From Candidatus Cloacimonadota bacterium (GTDB lineage Bacteria > Cloacimonadota > Cloacimonadia > Cloacimonadales > WRIO01), in assembly GCA_009777575.1 (NCBI GenBank), contig WRLO01000001.1, positions 97,954-161,953 on the forward strand: a DNA stretch of 64,000 nucleotides, read 5' to 3'. Shown here piece after piece: positions 28,862 to 38,432 of the stretch. Position numbers and translations under genes: made by a program. Every line of letters begins with the position of its first letter. The first letter of the stretch is position 1. The notes beneath the pieces are model-generated. The model searched no databases. It was not told the DNA's origin and saw nothing but the letters and a program-made list of their open reading frames with translations.

Positions 28862-31030
28862 TTAGTTTTTCACTCTCACCTTTTCAACAACATCGATAAG
28901 TTCTGGCAGTTCCATATCAATTCTTTTTAGGTGTTCAAGGGTAGGGACACCGTTTTTATCCCATCCTTTTCTTTTGTAGACAGTGTCAGTCAAGACTTCA
29001 TATTTATCCATTCTGTGTTTTTTGAGAGCAGACATTTTTTCTTGAAGAGTCATATTTGAGGGATCTACACCCACTTCCTCTTTAAGTTGTTTGTCATACC
29101 TCTCTTGCCTAGATAAGTATTCTTCTTCAGTGACAGGACCAACAGCGCGATATGGTGGATGGTCATCAGAGCGTTTACCACCACCCATTCTGAGATTGAA
29201 TATTTTTTGGAAAGTATAAACTCTTTCTGATTGGAGAATCATCGAATCAGTATCCATAAATTTACCAGTAATAGCAGTGTAAATTTTATGGTAGTTATGG
29301 ACATGCTCCATAACCTTTGCAGGTTCAGGAGTGTCTTTGTTTCCTTCAGGGATAGTATCATTCCAAATCAATTTACATAAACCTTGTAAACCAAACCAAG
29401 TTCTGAACATAGGGAAATAATGTAGTGCTTCAGCTTTCATTTCAAAAGTAGGCATAGAATTATTAACCATATCCATGAAAATGAGCCAAGCTTCGTCATG
29501 TTGAGGACCTTTGAGAGCAAAAGTATATCCACCTTGCTGAGCAAGGGATTCCTTTGAGACATATTCAGAATATTCGAGACCTTTCACTTCCATAGCAATG
29601 TCTTTAAGGAAAGCAGCATCAGCGTTATGCTCATTAATTAGCCAGTTTTTAAGCCATCTAGTTCCTTTTCCTACTTTTAGCCCAAAGCCTTGACCGCGTG
29701 ACATTTGATGTAAAATTTCAAGAGCAGAATCAGCATTTCCCCATGTTAAATCAAGACCTTCAGTCATGTCCTTGGTAAGAATACCATATTCAAAGCATTC
29801 CATGAGAAAAGCTACAGTACTTCCAAAAGAAATAGTATCTATACCATAAGTATCACAATAAAAATTTATTTCAACACAATCCTTCGCATCCCAGATATAA
29901 AGGTTTGAGGCACACCCACCGACAGTTTCGTATTCTGGACCATCAACGGTAACAGAAGTCCCTTTATAAGGACCTGTTCTGGGAATAAAATTGTCTACCG
30001 CTTTTGCGCAATGTAAAGAGCAACCAAACCAACACCCGTCAGCAGCACCTTGCGTAAAGAGAGTTTTTAAAACTTTTTTATCAACTTTGTTTGCTTGTGG
30101 GTCAGAGCCGTATTTAAAGTTTTTAGTAGGTAATAAATCATAATCGTTCATGACACTAACGATGTTTGCAGTTCCAACTTCTCTCATAGTAAATTGGCTA
30201 CTATCGAGTTTATTTATTTGTCTGTGCAATTTGAGACCAGTTTCTTTTAGAGTTTTCATATCAACAGGGTTGTTTAAATCAGCTTTTAAACCTGAGTATT
30301 TAACAACAAGAGCTTTAATTTTTTTGTTTCTAAAGACATGTCCAATCCCCCCTCTTCCAGCTTGCTTGAGTCTTGGAAGTTTTTTTGCTCTATCCCAAAA
30401 AGAAAAGTTCAGCATGCCTAAATAGCAGTGTTCTGCAGCTGAACCAGCCGAAACTACAGAAATATGTTGTTTTTCTCTTTCATTATCAGCAAACATATCA
30501 TGTAATTGTTCAGCGAGAATATGGCTATCATGAGCTTCAAGAGGAGCTTCAAAAATCTTTATGTTGCCATTGTTGCCATCGATATAGATAATCACATCGT
30601 TATTTGCCTTCCCTTGAATTTCAAGGGCGTCAAATCCAGAAAATTTTAAAAAAGGACCAAAATGTCCTCCAACATTGCTGTCAATCGGAATACCAGTCAT
30701 AGGAGATAATGTTACAACTATTGTTTTACCACTACCTGGATAATTAGTATTACCACCGAGAGGGCCAGTAGCCATACAAATTTCATTTTCTGGGTCATAC
30801 CATTTGGTATTTTCATTTACAGCATCCCACAAAAGTCTCATATCAAAACCTTTTCCACCGGTAAATTTGTCAATCATCTGATCAGAAACGGGTTTTTCTT
30901 TGATATCGTTGTTCGAAAGGTTAATATAAAGAGTTCTTTTATTGTATCCTTTATCGATATTTCCTAGTTTGTAGTTAAACACTTTGAGTGTTTTATGTTT
31001 AGATTTTAATTCTTGGATATTCATAGTCAT
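28862..31030 (-). CDS. Aldehyde:ferredoxin oxidoreductase family (W/Mo-pterin)
   Basis: SPMTG...DSNVGG, QAGRGGIG, GCWFGCSLHC, GPEYET, CDTYGIDTISFG, RKGWDKNGVPT. Confidence 0.93.
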   Translation of the reverse strand: MTMNIQELKSKHKTLKVFNYKLGNIDKGYNKRTLYINLSNNDIKEKPVSDQMIDKFTGGKGFDMRLLWDAVNENTKWYDPENEICMATGPLGGNTNYPGSGKTIVVTLSPMTGIPIDSNVGGHFGPFLKFSGFDALEIQGKANNDVIIYIDGNNGNIKIFEAPLEAHDSHILAEQLHDMFADNEREKQHISVVSAGSAAEHCYLGMLNFSFWDRAKKLPRLKQAGRGGIGHVFRNKKIKALVVKYSGLKADLNNPVDMKTLKETGLKLHRQINKLDSSQFTMREVGTANIVSVMNDYDLLPTKNFKYGSDPQANKVDKKVLKTLFTQGAADGCWFGCSLHCAKAVDNFIPRTGPYKGTSVTVDGPEYETVGGCASNLYIWDAKDCVEINFYCDTYGIDTISFGSTVAFLMECFEYGILTKDMTEGLDLTWGNADSALEILHQMSRGQGFGLKVGKGTRWLKNWLINEHNADAAFLKDIAMEVKGLEYSEYVSKESLAQQGGYTFALKGPQHDEAWLIFMDMVNNSMPTFEMKAEALHYFPMFRTWFGLQGLCKLIWNDTIPEGNKDTPEPAKVMEHVHNYHKIYTAITGKFMDTDSMILQSERVYTFQKIFNLRMGGGKRSDDHPPYRAVGPVTEEEYLSRQERYDKQLKEEVGVDPSNMTLQEKMSALKKHRMDKYEVLTDTVYKRKGWDKNGVPTLEHLKRIDMELPELIDVVEKVRVKN

Positions 31031-31032
31031 AA

Positions 31033-31416
31033 TTACTCCTTAATCAATTCTAAAGCTGAAACAGGACATTTTTTTACACAAATCCCGCAAGCAATGCATT
31101 TAAAAGGAGCATTTTCCTCAACTAAATAATGCATACAAGCACATGGACATTCAGCGACACAAATTAAACAACCAGAACATTCATTTTTATCAAGGATTAC
31201 GACTCCTTGTGAATTGTAGCTCAGCGCTTGTGTAGGACACAAAGGCATACATTTTCCACATTGATTGCAAACAATAATATTGTTCTTGTTGTCATTTTGA
31301 TTAATTCTGATACAAGATTTCTGAATGTTTTTTTCTTTGAAAAACAATTCAGAACAAGCGTCAGCACAAGCTAAACATCCTGTGCAAAGATCAGAATTTC
31401 CTTTAAGATATTTCAT
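31033..31416 (-). CDS. 4Fe-4S dicluster ferredoxin (AOR small subunit)
   Basis: Four CxxCxxCxxxC motifs; SD GGAGG before ATG 31416. Confidence 0.9.
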   Translation of the reverse strand: MKYLKGNSDLCTGCLACADACSELFFKEKNIQKSCIRINQNDNKNNIIVCNQCGKCMPLCPTQALSYNSQGVVILDKNECSGCLICVAECPCACMHYLVEENAPFKCIACGICVKKCPVSALELIKE

Positions 31417-31448
31417 ATTGAATCCTCCTATTGGGATAAATTTATAGT

Positions 31449-31652
31449 TCAACCACCAGCAAATATATGCATAATAGTAATTTCAGCTTTATCACATACA
31501 TAATAACTATCAAAGTCTGATTGTTGGATTATATTCTCCCCATGTTTAACAATAATAATAGGGAAAGTATAATTCAAAATCTTAAGTATTTCAGAAATAG
31601 ATATTTTATCAACATTAAACTCGTGATTTATGTTATTAATCTTTAAATTCAT
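31449..31652 (-). CDS. ThiS/MoaD-family sulfur carrier protein
   Basis: 67 aa from ATG 31652 (SD GGAGG), C-terminal FAGG. Confidence 0.88.
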   Translation of the reverse strand: MNLKINNINHEFNVDKISISEILKILNYTFPIIIVKHGENIIQQSDFDSYYVCDKAEITIMHIFAGG

Positions 31653-31666
31653 AAATCCTCCAAATG

Positions 31667-31696
31667 CCAAAAAATTTAAATAGCATTTTTTGTAAA
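31667..31696 (-). promoter_or_regulatory. Putative promoter TTTACA-N21-TGG for the ThiS-Fd-AOR operon
   Basis: TGTAAA at 31691-31696 and CCA at 31667-31669 on the + strand. Confidence 0.5.
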
Positions 31697-31717
31697 GTTG
31701 TTTTTTGAAAATAAAAC

Positions 31718-31747
31718 TTGACAAATTGAGTTCAATAATTTTTTTGG
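31718..31747 (+). promoter_or_regulatory. Putative promoter TTGACA-N21-TGG for the CDF gene
   Basis: TTGACA 31718-31723, TGG 31745-31747; divergent from the AOR promoter. Confidence 0.55.
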
Positions 31748-31894
31748 TGGAAGAGAGAGAAAAAAACTGGAAAATGATTTCAAATTCCCCCCCTAAATGT
31801 GTGGGGAACATAGCATAAGCCATAGCAATGTGTAAGGTAAAATATAATTAATATATTTTTTGGAGAGGGGTAAAAAAAGCCAGGAGGTAAACAA

Positions 31895-32746
31895 ATGGAT
31901 AAAACAAAGGGTGGCTACATAGCAGGAACGGTTTCTATACTCATCAATAGCTTGTTATTTATCGCAAAAATGTGGGTTTCAGTTATTACAGGCTCTATTG
32001 CGTTAGCAGCTGATGCGTGGCATACATTATCGGATTCTTTAAGCTCAGTCATAGTAGTTATAGCATCAAAATTGTCTTCCCGCAAAGCAGATAAAGAGCA
32101 TCCATTTGGTCATGGTCGTTGGGAACACATAGCCTCACTAACTATTGCGATGTTTTTAGGAATAATAGCATTTGATTTCATAAAAAATTCTATAACTCGA
32201 TTTAACAATGAGAAAACCATAATTTATGGATTTAGCGCAATTATTGTCACAATAGTTTCAATAATAGTGAAGGAATCTTTGACTCAATACTCATTTTATA
32301 TAGGCAGAAAAACAGGTAATTCGAGTGTTATGGCAGATGGTTGGCATCATCGCTCGGATGCATTATCTTCAGTTATAGTTTTAGTGGGTATATTATTTGC
32401 CAAAAAGTTTTGGTGGATAGACAGCGTATTGGGCATCATAATCGGTTTGATGATATTTTATGCAGTGTTTAAAATACTCAAAGAAGTAGTAACTAAACTT
32501 TTAGGTGAGGAACCATCCGAAAAACTAAAATCCGATATCATGAATGAAATAAAAAATAAATATGGAAACGACTTAAAAGCACACCATTTCCATATTCATG
32601 ACTATATAGTCCACAAAGAAATGACCTTTCATATAAGATTAGATAAGGAAATGACAATAGAGCAAGGGCATAAAATCGCGACAGAAATTGAAAATATTAT
32701 TAAGGATAAATATGAGATCGTAGCAACTACTCATATAGAGCATTAA
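31895..32746 (+). CDS. Cation diffusion facilitator (FieF-like)
   Basis: SIALAADAWHTLSD, HPFGHGR, ADGWHHRSD, GHKIA. Confidence 0.93.
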   Translation: MDKTKGGYIAGTVSILINSLLFIAKMWVSVITGSIALAADAWHTLSDSLSSVIVVIASKLSSRKADKEHPFGHGRWEHIASLTIAMFLGIIAFDFIKNSITRFNNEKTIIYGFSAIIVTIVSIIVKESLTQYSFYIGRKTGNSSVMADGWHHRSDALSSVIVLVGILFAKKFWWIDSVLGIIIGLMIFYAVFKILKEVVTKLLGEEPSEKLKSDIMNEIKNKYGNDLKAHHFHIHDYIVHKEMTFHIRLDKEMTIEQGHKIATEIENIIKDKYEIVATTHIEH

Positions 32747-32842
32747 AAAAAGATAGAAAAGACAAAAACAACTTTACTATTGACAAATTATGCTTCTTTT
32801 TTTTATTGTCACCCAATAATAATTTATAAGGATAATAAAATT

Positions 32843-33280
32843 ATGTCAAAACTTAATGATCAGTCCTCAATAAAAGAGATATACTCTTATATCTCAGAAA
32901 ATCAATATGTTTATTTTGCAACAACACTTGATTTACAACCTAAAATACGAACAATGGTATTATTTTTTTACAAAGGAAGATTTTTCTTTGTAACCTTTAC
33001 AAATGATTCAAAGGTAGCTCAAATAAAGAGTAATAAACTCTGTGAAGTATTGTTACCTATACAAGATGAAATCGGTAATAAAGGTCATATAAAGATGACT
33101 GGCAAAGCGAAGATATGCTCTGATCCTGATGCAAGGCAAGATGCTGAATATTATTGTTATTTCTTTGACCAATATTATGATGGTGCCGATGACCCTGATT
33201 TCTGTTTAATTGAGCTTGACTTTGAGTTTTATGAAATAATGAAACCTGGTGATAGTCATACAAAAAAATTTCATTCATAG
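32843..33280 (+). CDS. Pyridoxamine 5'-phosphate oxidase-like / general stress protein
   Basis: YFATT..QPKIRTM, SKVAQIKSN, MTGKAKI, DDPDFCLI; the TTG at 32780 is part of a promoter motif. Confidence 0.8.
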   Translation: MSKLNDQSSIKEIYSYISENQYVYFATTLDLQPKIRTMVLFFYKGRFFFVTFTNDSKVAQIKSNKLCEVLLPIQDEIGNKGHIKMTGKAKICSDPDARQDAEYYCYFFDQYYDGADDPDFCLIELDFEFYEIMKPGDSHTKKFHS

Positions 33281-33597
33281 ATTTTTATAAAATGATTTAT
33301 TGGGTTTGATTATATTCGTCCGTAATAACTCGTCAATTGTCTCAAAAATTAAACCACAGATACTGAGAACACAGAGTAAAGTAGAGTTTTAAGGTAATAA
33401 ATTAATATTGGCTTCATTTGCGTCAATTTCTATATCAAACCATGCTGTCGAGATAGAAGAATAACTCTCATCATCAATTTCGGTCAGAAGAAGGTCTTTT
33501 TTTCTGAGATTAATCATTTTTTGAAAAATCAATTTTTCCTTTACAAAAAAGCTTAGTTAAAAATATTGGTTCAATACTTTTTTTAGAGGAGTAAAAA

Positions 33598-33957
33598 ATG
33601 TTGAGATGCATATTAAAGAGTAAAATTCATAGAGCAGTTATTACTCAGACGGATTTGTATTATGTAGGCAGTATCACCATCGATAAGAATATGATGGATG
33701 CAGTCGGATTATTAGAGTATGAAAAGGTTGATATTTTTGATATCCAGAATGGAAATCGTTTTGAAACTTATGTGATAGAAGGCGAGCGAGGTTCTGGAAT
33801 CATTGGAATAAATGGAGCAGCTGCGAGATTAGTCCATTTAAATGATGAAGTGATAATAGTGTCCTACGCTCTACTAAATGAAGATGAAATATCAGAACAT
33901 CAACCCAAAATCATCGTTGTAAAGGAAAATAACAAAGATTTTGATATAGAGAATTGA
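33598..33957 (+). CDS. panD: Aspartate 1-decarboxylase
   Basis: LKSKIHRA, YVG|SITID autocleavage site, NGNRFETYVI, INGAAAR. Confidence 0.97.
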   Translation: MLRCILKSKIHRAVITQTDLYYVGSITIDKNMMDAVGLLEYEKVDIFDIQNGNRFETYVIEGERGSGIIGINGAAARLVHLNDEVIIVSYALLNEDEISEHQPKIIVVKENNKDFDIEN

Positions 33958-34019
33958 ATAACTAATACAATCTTACATGAGAAAAATAATTTTTGAATAT
34001 AAATAAAAGGATAAATCAA

Positions 34020-34985
34020 ATGGACACCACAAATGAATTATTGCAGGTGATAAAAACCATTTCACAGATGAAGGTCTTAATTAAATCTTTGCAAAATAAT
34101 TCAAAAATAGGATTTGTTCCGACAATGGGTTATTTACATCAAGGGCATTTAAGTCTTGTTAAGAAGTCTTTGAAAGAGTGTGATGTTACAGTTGTGAGTA
34201 TATATGTTAATCCTTTACAATTTGGTGTAAATGAAGATTTTGATAAATATCCAAGAAATCTTATAAATGATCTGTATCTTTTACAAGAGACATTAAAAAA
34301 AGAAAATAAATCTTACCAAGATAACCAACCAACAGAATTATCAACAAAACAGATATCCAAAATAATCGTCTTTTGTCCTGATAATTCAGAAATTTTTCCA
34401 AAAGATTTTAACAGCTTTGTAGAAATTGGAATTTTAAGCGATTTATATTGCGGAAAAACAAGGCCGGGTCATTTTCGAGGTGTAGCTACAATCATACTAA
34501 AATTGCTGAATATAGTTCAACCAAATCTAATGTATATGGGAGAAAAAGATTTTCAGCAAGTTTTTATACTCGAAAAAATGATAAAAGATTTAAATTTTTC
34601 ATCAAAGATAGTTCGTTGTCCCATAATCAGAGAGTCTGATGGATTAGCTATGAGTTCTCGTAATGTATATTTAAAACATGAACCAATAGAAAAAAGAGCT
34701 TTTGATAAAAATGGATTTAGCGAAAGAAAAAGAGCAATATGTTTATATAAATCTTTATTAATAGCTAAAAATTTTTATTATGAAAAAGTTTATGAAGTCG
34801 AATTTATCAAAAAATATATGAAAGAATTAATAATAGAAAATAATGGAGAAATAGATTATATTGCTTTTATCAATGATAAAACATTTCAAGAGGTTGAATA
34901 TATTGATGAGGATACAAGAATATTGCTTGCGGTTAAGATTGGCAAGACAAGATTGATAGACAATATAAAAATGGTTTCCTCATAA
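34020..34985 (+). CDS. panC: Pantoate-beta-alanine ligase
   Basis: FVPTMGYLHQGH, VNPLQF, RPGHFRGV, GEKDFQQ, GLAMSSRN, RLIDN. Confidence 0.96.
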   Translation: MDTTNELLQVIKTISQMKVLIKSLQNNSKIGFVPTMGYLHQGHLSLVKKSLKECDVTVVSIYVNPLQFGVNEDFDKYPRNLINDLYLLQETLKKENKSYQDNQPTELSTKQISKIIVFCPDNSEIFPKDFNSFVEIGILSDLYCGKTRPGHFRGVATIILKLLNIVQPNLMYMGEKDFQQVFILEKMIKDLNFSSKIVRCPIIRESDGLAMSSRNVYLKHEPIEKRAFDKNGFSERKRAICLYKSLLIAKNFYYEKVYEVEFIKKYMKELIIENNGEIDYIAFINDKTFQEVEYIDEDTRILLAVKIGKTRLIDNIKMVSS

Positions 34986-35005
34986 GCTAAAATAAGGTAA
35001 AATAA

Positions 35006-36256
35006 ATGGGTATTGTAGTAAAGAAATTTGGTGGAACTTCAGTAGAATCCATAGATAAAATTGCCAAAATAGCAGAACACCTCGCCTTTGAGAAAGAAAA
35101 AGGAGATGATATAGTTGTGGTTGTTTCAGCTATGGGTAAAACTACAGATTCATTATTTAAATTAGCTTATGAAATCACTAAAACTCCCAATCAAAGAGAG
35201 ATGGATATGCTCTTGACTGCTGGTGAAAGGATAACAATGGCGTTATTGTCATTGTCATTACAAAAATTAAATATTCAATCTATCTCATTTACAGGTTCAC
35301 AGAGCGGTATCGTAACAGATAATACTCACGGCAATGCAAAGATATTAACAGTAAATGCTTTTCGTATATCAGAAGAATTACAAAAGGGTAGGATCGTTAT
35401 AGTAGCAGGGTTTCAAGGTGTAAGCCTCGAAAAAGAAATCACTACCTTAGGGCGTGGAGGTTCTGACACCACAGCTGTAGCTCTTGCGAGCTTTTTACAA
35501 GCAGATAGATGTGAGATATTTACAGATGTAGATGGAGTTTATAACGCGGATCCAAACATTATTTCAGAAGCAAAAAAAATAGATGAATTGAGCTTTGAAG
35601 AAATGCTTTATCTTTCTTGCACTGGAGCAAAGGTTTTACACTCAAGAGCAGTAGAATTTGCATATAAATATAAGATGCCGATTGAAGTGAAATCGCTCCT
35701 ATCAACGCATTGTAGCGGCTTATCACATAAGTCTTTAGATACCAGCGAGGAAAAATTGTCAGCCACAAGGCTTGCCCCTACGAAAGGCACGACAATCAAA
35801 GGAGAGAATAATATGGAAAATGTAGAGAAAACAATGATAAAAGCTATATCACAAAAAGAAAATATACGGATTTTTGATGTTATTATTTCTAATAAAGATA
35901 TACCTATATTTAATACCGAAATATTTGATATCGATGTATACACAAGTGTTTCGGAACCATTTTGGATAAATAAAGCGAGAGTATTCATCGAGGAAAAGTA
36001 TAATGAGAAATTTATAGAAGAATTATCAACCAATAATTTGACTTTTAATTTAGAAAATGATGAATTTACGGTAATAAATCTTTTAGGATATAGGATTAAC
36101 AGAGACATAACTTTTTTAAGCAAGATGTATTCCTTTATAAAAAACAACTGTGAAAAACCAATCTCAATAAAAAATCAAGGTATTGGGGTTCAACTGATCA
36201 TAGAGCAGACAGAAGCAAAAAAAGTAATAGAGTATTTAAATAGGGAGTATTTATGA
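35006..36256 (+). CDS. lysC: Aspartate kinase
   Basis: KFGGTSV, VVSAMG, AGFQG, TTLGRGGSDTTA, FTDVDGVY, GAKVLH. Confidence 0.94.
   Translation: MGIVVKKFGGTSVESIDKIAKIAEHLAFEKEKGDDIVVVVSAMGKTTDSLFKLAYEITKTPNQREMDMLLTAGERITMALLSLSLQKLNIQSISFTGSQSGIVTDNTHGNAKILTVNAFRISEELQKGRIVIVAGFQGVSLEKEITTLGRGGSDTTAVALASFLQADRCEIFTDVDGVYNADPNIISEAKKIDELSFEEMLYLSCTGAKVLHSRAVEFAYKYKMPIEVKSLLSTHCSGLSHKSLDTSEEKLSATRLAPTKGTTIKGENNMENVEKTMIKAISQKENIRIFDVIISNKDIPIFNTEIFDIDVYTSVSEPFWINKARVFIEEKYNEKFIEELSTNNLTFNLENDEFTVINLLGYRINRDITFLSKMYSFIKNNCEKPISIKNQGIGVQLIIEQTEAKKVIEYLNREYL
35711..35782. repeat. REP-like element inserted in-frame in lysC
   Basis: TGTAGCGGC...AGCCACAAGGCTTGCCCCTACG, 72 nt; right half resembles the intergenic REP at 28732-28751. 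Confidence 0.65.
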
Positions 36257-36621
36257 AAAATAAAGTATTGATAATAGACGATGAAGAGGTAATCTGCGAG
36301 GTCGCTCAAGAAATGTTAGAGCTTATTGATGTTGAGGCATTCATCGCTATGAATAAAAAAGAGGCTATGAGCTGTTTTCAAGAAAATCAACATGAAATAG
36401 CATTAGCTATACTTGACTACAATTTACCTGATACAAATGGTGTAGATATCCTAAATGAGCTTTTCAAAATAAACAAAGATTTTATCCCAATCCTTGCTAC
36501 AGGGATGTATGTAAAGTCAGATATACCAAAGTATCAAGCTATGGGTTTTCAAGAAGTCATAGATAAACCTTATGGTCTCAATGTATTAAAAGACATAAAA
36601 AGCAAATATTTAAAGGAATAA
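36253..36621 (+). CDS. Single-domain response regulator (CheY-like)
   Basis: VLIIDDE, LDYNLPDTNG, ILATG, IDKPY. Confidence 0.9.
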   Translation: MKNKVLIIDDEEVICEVAQEMLELIDVEAFIAMNKKEAMSCFQENQHEIALAILDYNLPDTNGVDILNELFKINKDFIPILATGMYVKSDIPKYQAMGFQEVIDKPYGLNVLKDIKSKYLKE

Positions 36622-36624
36622 AAA

Positions 36625-38391
36625 ATGAATAAATATATAATAACAAGTGCCTTACCTTATGCAAATGGCAAACTTCATGTCGGTCATCTTGCTGGAGCTT
36701 ATTTACCAGCTGATATTTACACAAGATTTTTGAAACTCTGCGGAGAAGATGTAATTTATATCTGCGGAACAGACGAGCATGGAGCACCTATTTCAATTAA
36801 GGCAGAAGCTGAAGGAAAAAGCCCTCAAGAAATAGTAGATTTTTATCACAAAAGCATAAAAGAGAGTTTTGATGCAGTTTTTATCGAATTTGACAATTTT
36901 TCAGGGACTTCGAGACCTCAACACCATCAGCTTTCTCAAGAGTTCTTTTTAAACCTATTGAAAAATAATAAGATAAATACTCATCTAACAAAACAAGCCT
37001 ATTGTGAGCATGATAAAAGATTTTTACCAGATAGATATGTCGAAGGGGAATGTCACCATTGCCATAGTCAAGGTGCAAGAGGTGACCAATGTGATGCCTG
37101 TGGAAAGCTCATTGATGCAAATCTATTGATAAACCCTATCTGTAAAATATGCGGAAATACTCCGATCATAAAAGATACTACTCATTGGTTTCTCGATCTA
37201 CCAGCCTTTTCTGACCAGCTCAAAATATGGCTCGAAACTAAAGAAAATTGGAAAGACAATGTTAAAAATTTTATACTTGGCTGGATAGAAGAGGGACTCA
37301 TCGAAAGATCAATCACGAGGGACATAGACTGGGGAGTGCCAGTTCCACTAAAAGAAGCAGAGAGCAAGGTTTTGTATGTGTGGTTTGACGCTCCGATAGG
37401 GTATATATCATCGACTATTGAGTGGGCAGAGAAAATGAATAAAATAGAATCCCCCTCTCTTGAATTGGGTAAATCTGAAAAAAAATGGCAGGATTATTGG
37501 TTGGATAAAGATACAAGACTAGTCCATTTTATTGGGAAAGATAATATCCCCTTTCATGCAATTATATGGCCTGCCTTGCTAATGGGACAAGAAAAAGAAT
37601 ATACAATGCCTTGGGATATACCAGCAAACGAGTATTTGACTCTCGAAGGGGAGAAAATATCTACTAGCAGAGACTGGGCTATCTGGGTAGAAGATTTTGT
37701 TAAAGACTTTGATGGTGAACTTTTGAGGTTCGTTCTTGCTGCAAATGCTCCAGAAACTAAAGATGCAGATTTTTCATGGAAGGATTTTCAAAATCTTGTG
37801 AACAATTCTCTCGCCAATGTGCTTGGGAATCTTGCAAATAGGGTTTTTGCTTTTGCTAAAAAGAATTTTGATGGTGTTTTGAGATTTCCTGTTTACGATT
37901 CATCAAGCCAATCGGAGATTGGATTTACACAATGGAGTGAGTTTGTAGATGAAATACATACAGCTTATGCTGAATTCAAAGTCAGAAAAGCTATAAAACT
38001 CACCATTGATCTCGCAAGAGAAGGTAATAAATATTTCGATGAACAAAAGCCTTGGGTAGTAGTTAAAGAAAACCCGAAACAAGCAGAAGAAATATTATTT
38101 CATTGTGCTGAACTTCTCAGAATCATCAGCATTGTTTTTTATCCTATCATGCCTAAAAGTATGCTCAAAATGAGAGAGATGATGAATCTTTGCCTTCCTT
38201 TACAAGAGGGAATTAAGGGGGGATTAAGAGTAATAGCGGGAAGTAGTACGAACCATCCATTGTTATGGTCAGAAATTCAAAACACACCTGAACAGTATAT
38301 AATTGGTGATTTCGAACCACTCTACAAAAAGATAGATGACAAAGAGATAGAAACACAGATAAAACACCTTTATGAAAAATCTAAAGTATAA
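36625..38391 (+). CDS. metG: Methionine-tRNA ligase (no C-terminal tRNA-binding domain)
   Basis: ALPYANGKLHVGH, GTDEHG, Zn knuckles, YVWFDAPIGY, GKDNIPFH, KISTS. Confidence 0.97.
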   Translation: MNKYIITSALPYANGKLHVGHLAGAYLPADIYTRFLKLCGEDVIYICGTDEHGAPISIKAEAEGKSPQEIVDFYHKSIKESFDAVFIEFDNFSGTSRPQHHQLSQEFFLNLLKNNKINTHLTKQAYCEHDKRFLPDRYVEGECHHCHSQGARGDQCDACGKLIDANLLINPICKICGNTPIIKDTTHWFLDLPAFSDQLKIWLETKENWKDNVKNFILGWIEEGLIERSITRDIDWGVPVPLKEAESKVLYVWFDAPIGYISSTIEWAEKMNKIESPSLELGKSEKKWQDYWLDKDTRLVHFIGKDNIPFHAIIWPALLMGQEKEYTMPWDIPANEYLTLEGEKISTSRDWAIWVEDFVKDFDGELLRFVLAANAPETKDADFSWKDFQNLVNNSLANVLGNLANRVFAFAKKNFDGVLRFPVYDSSSQSEIGFTQWSEFVDEIHTAYAEFKVRKAIKLTIDLAREGNKYFDEQKPWVVVKENPKQAEEILFHCAELLRIISIVFYPIMPKSMLKMREMMNLCLPLQEGIKGGLRVIAGSSTNHPLLWSEIQNTPEQYIIGDFEPLYKKIDDKEIETQIKHLYEKSKV

Positions 38392-38432
38392 GAATAGAAG
38401 TAACTACAGATAAATCGAAGAGATTATTAGAT

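Noticed and set aside
31653-31823. N-terminal extension of ThiS (124-aa ORF call)
   Set aside because: The SD and typical ThiS length point to ATG 31652; the extension spans two promoter motifs
33348-33380. AACCACAGA...ACACAGAG repeat-like motif (similar at ~38401)
   Set aside because: Too short and degenerate to support as a repeat family from this window alone
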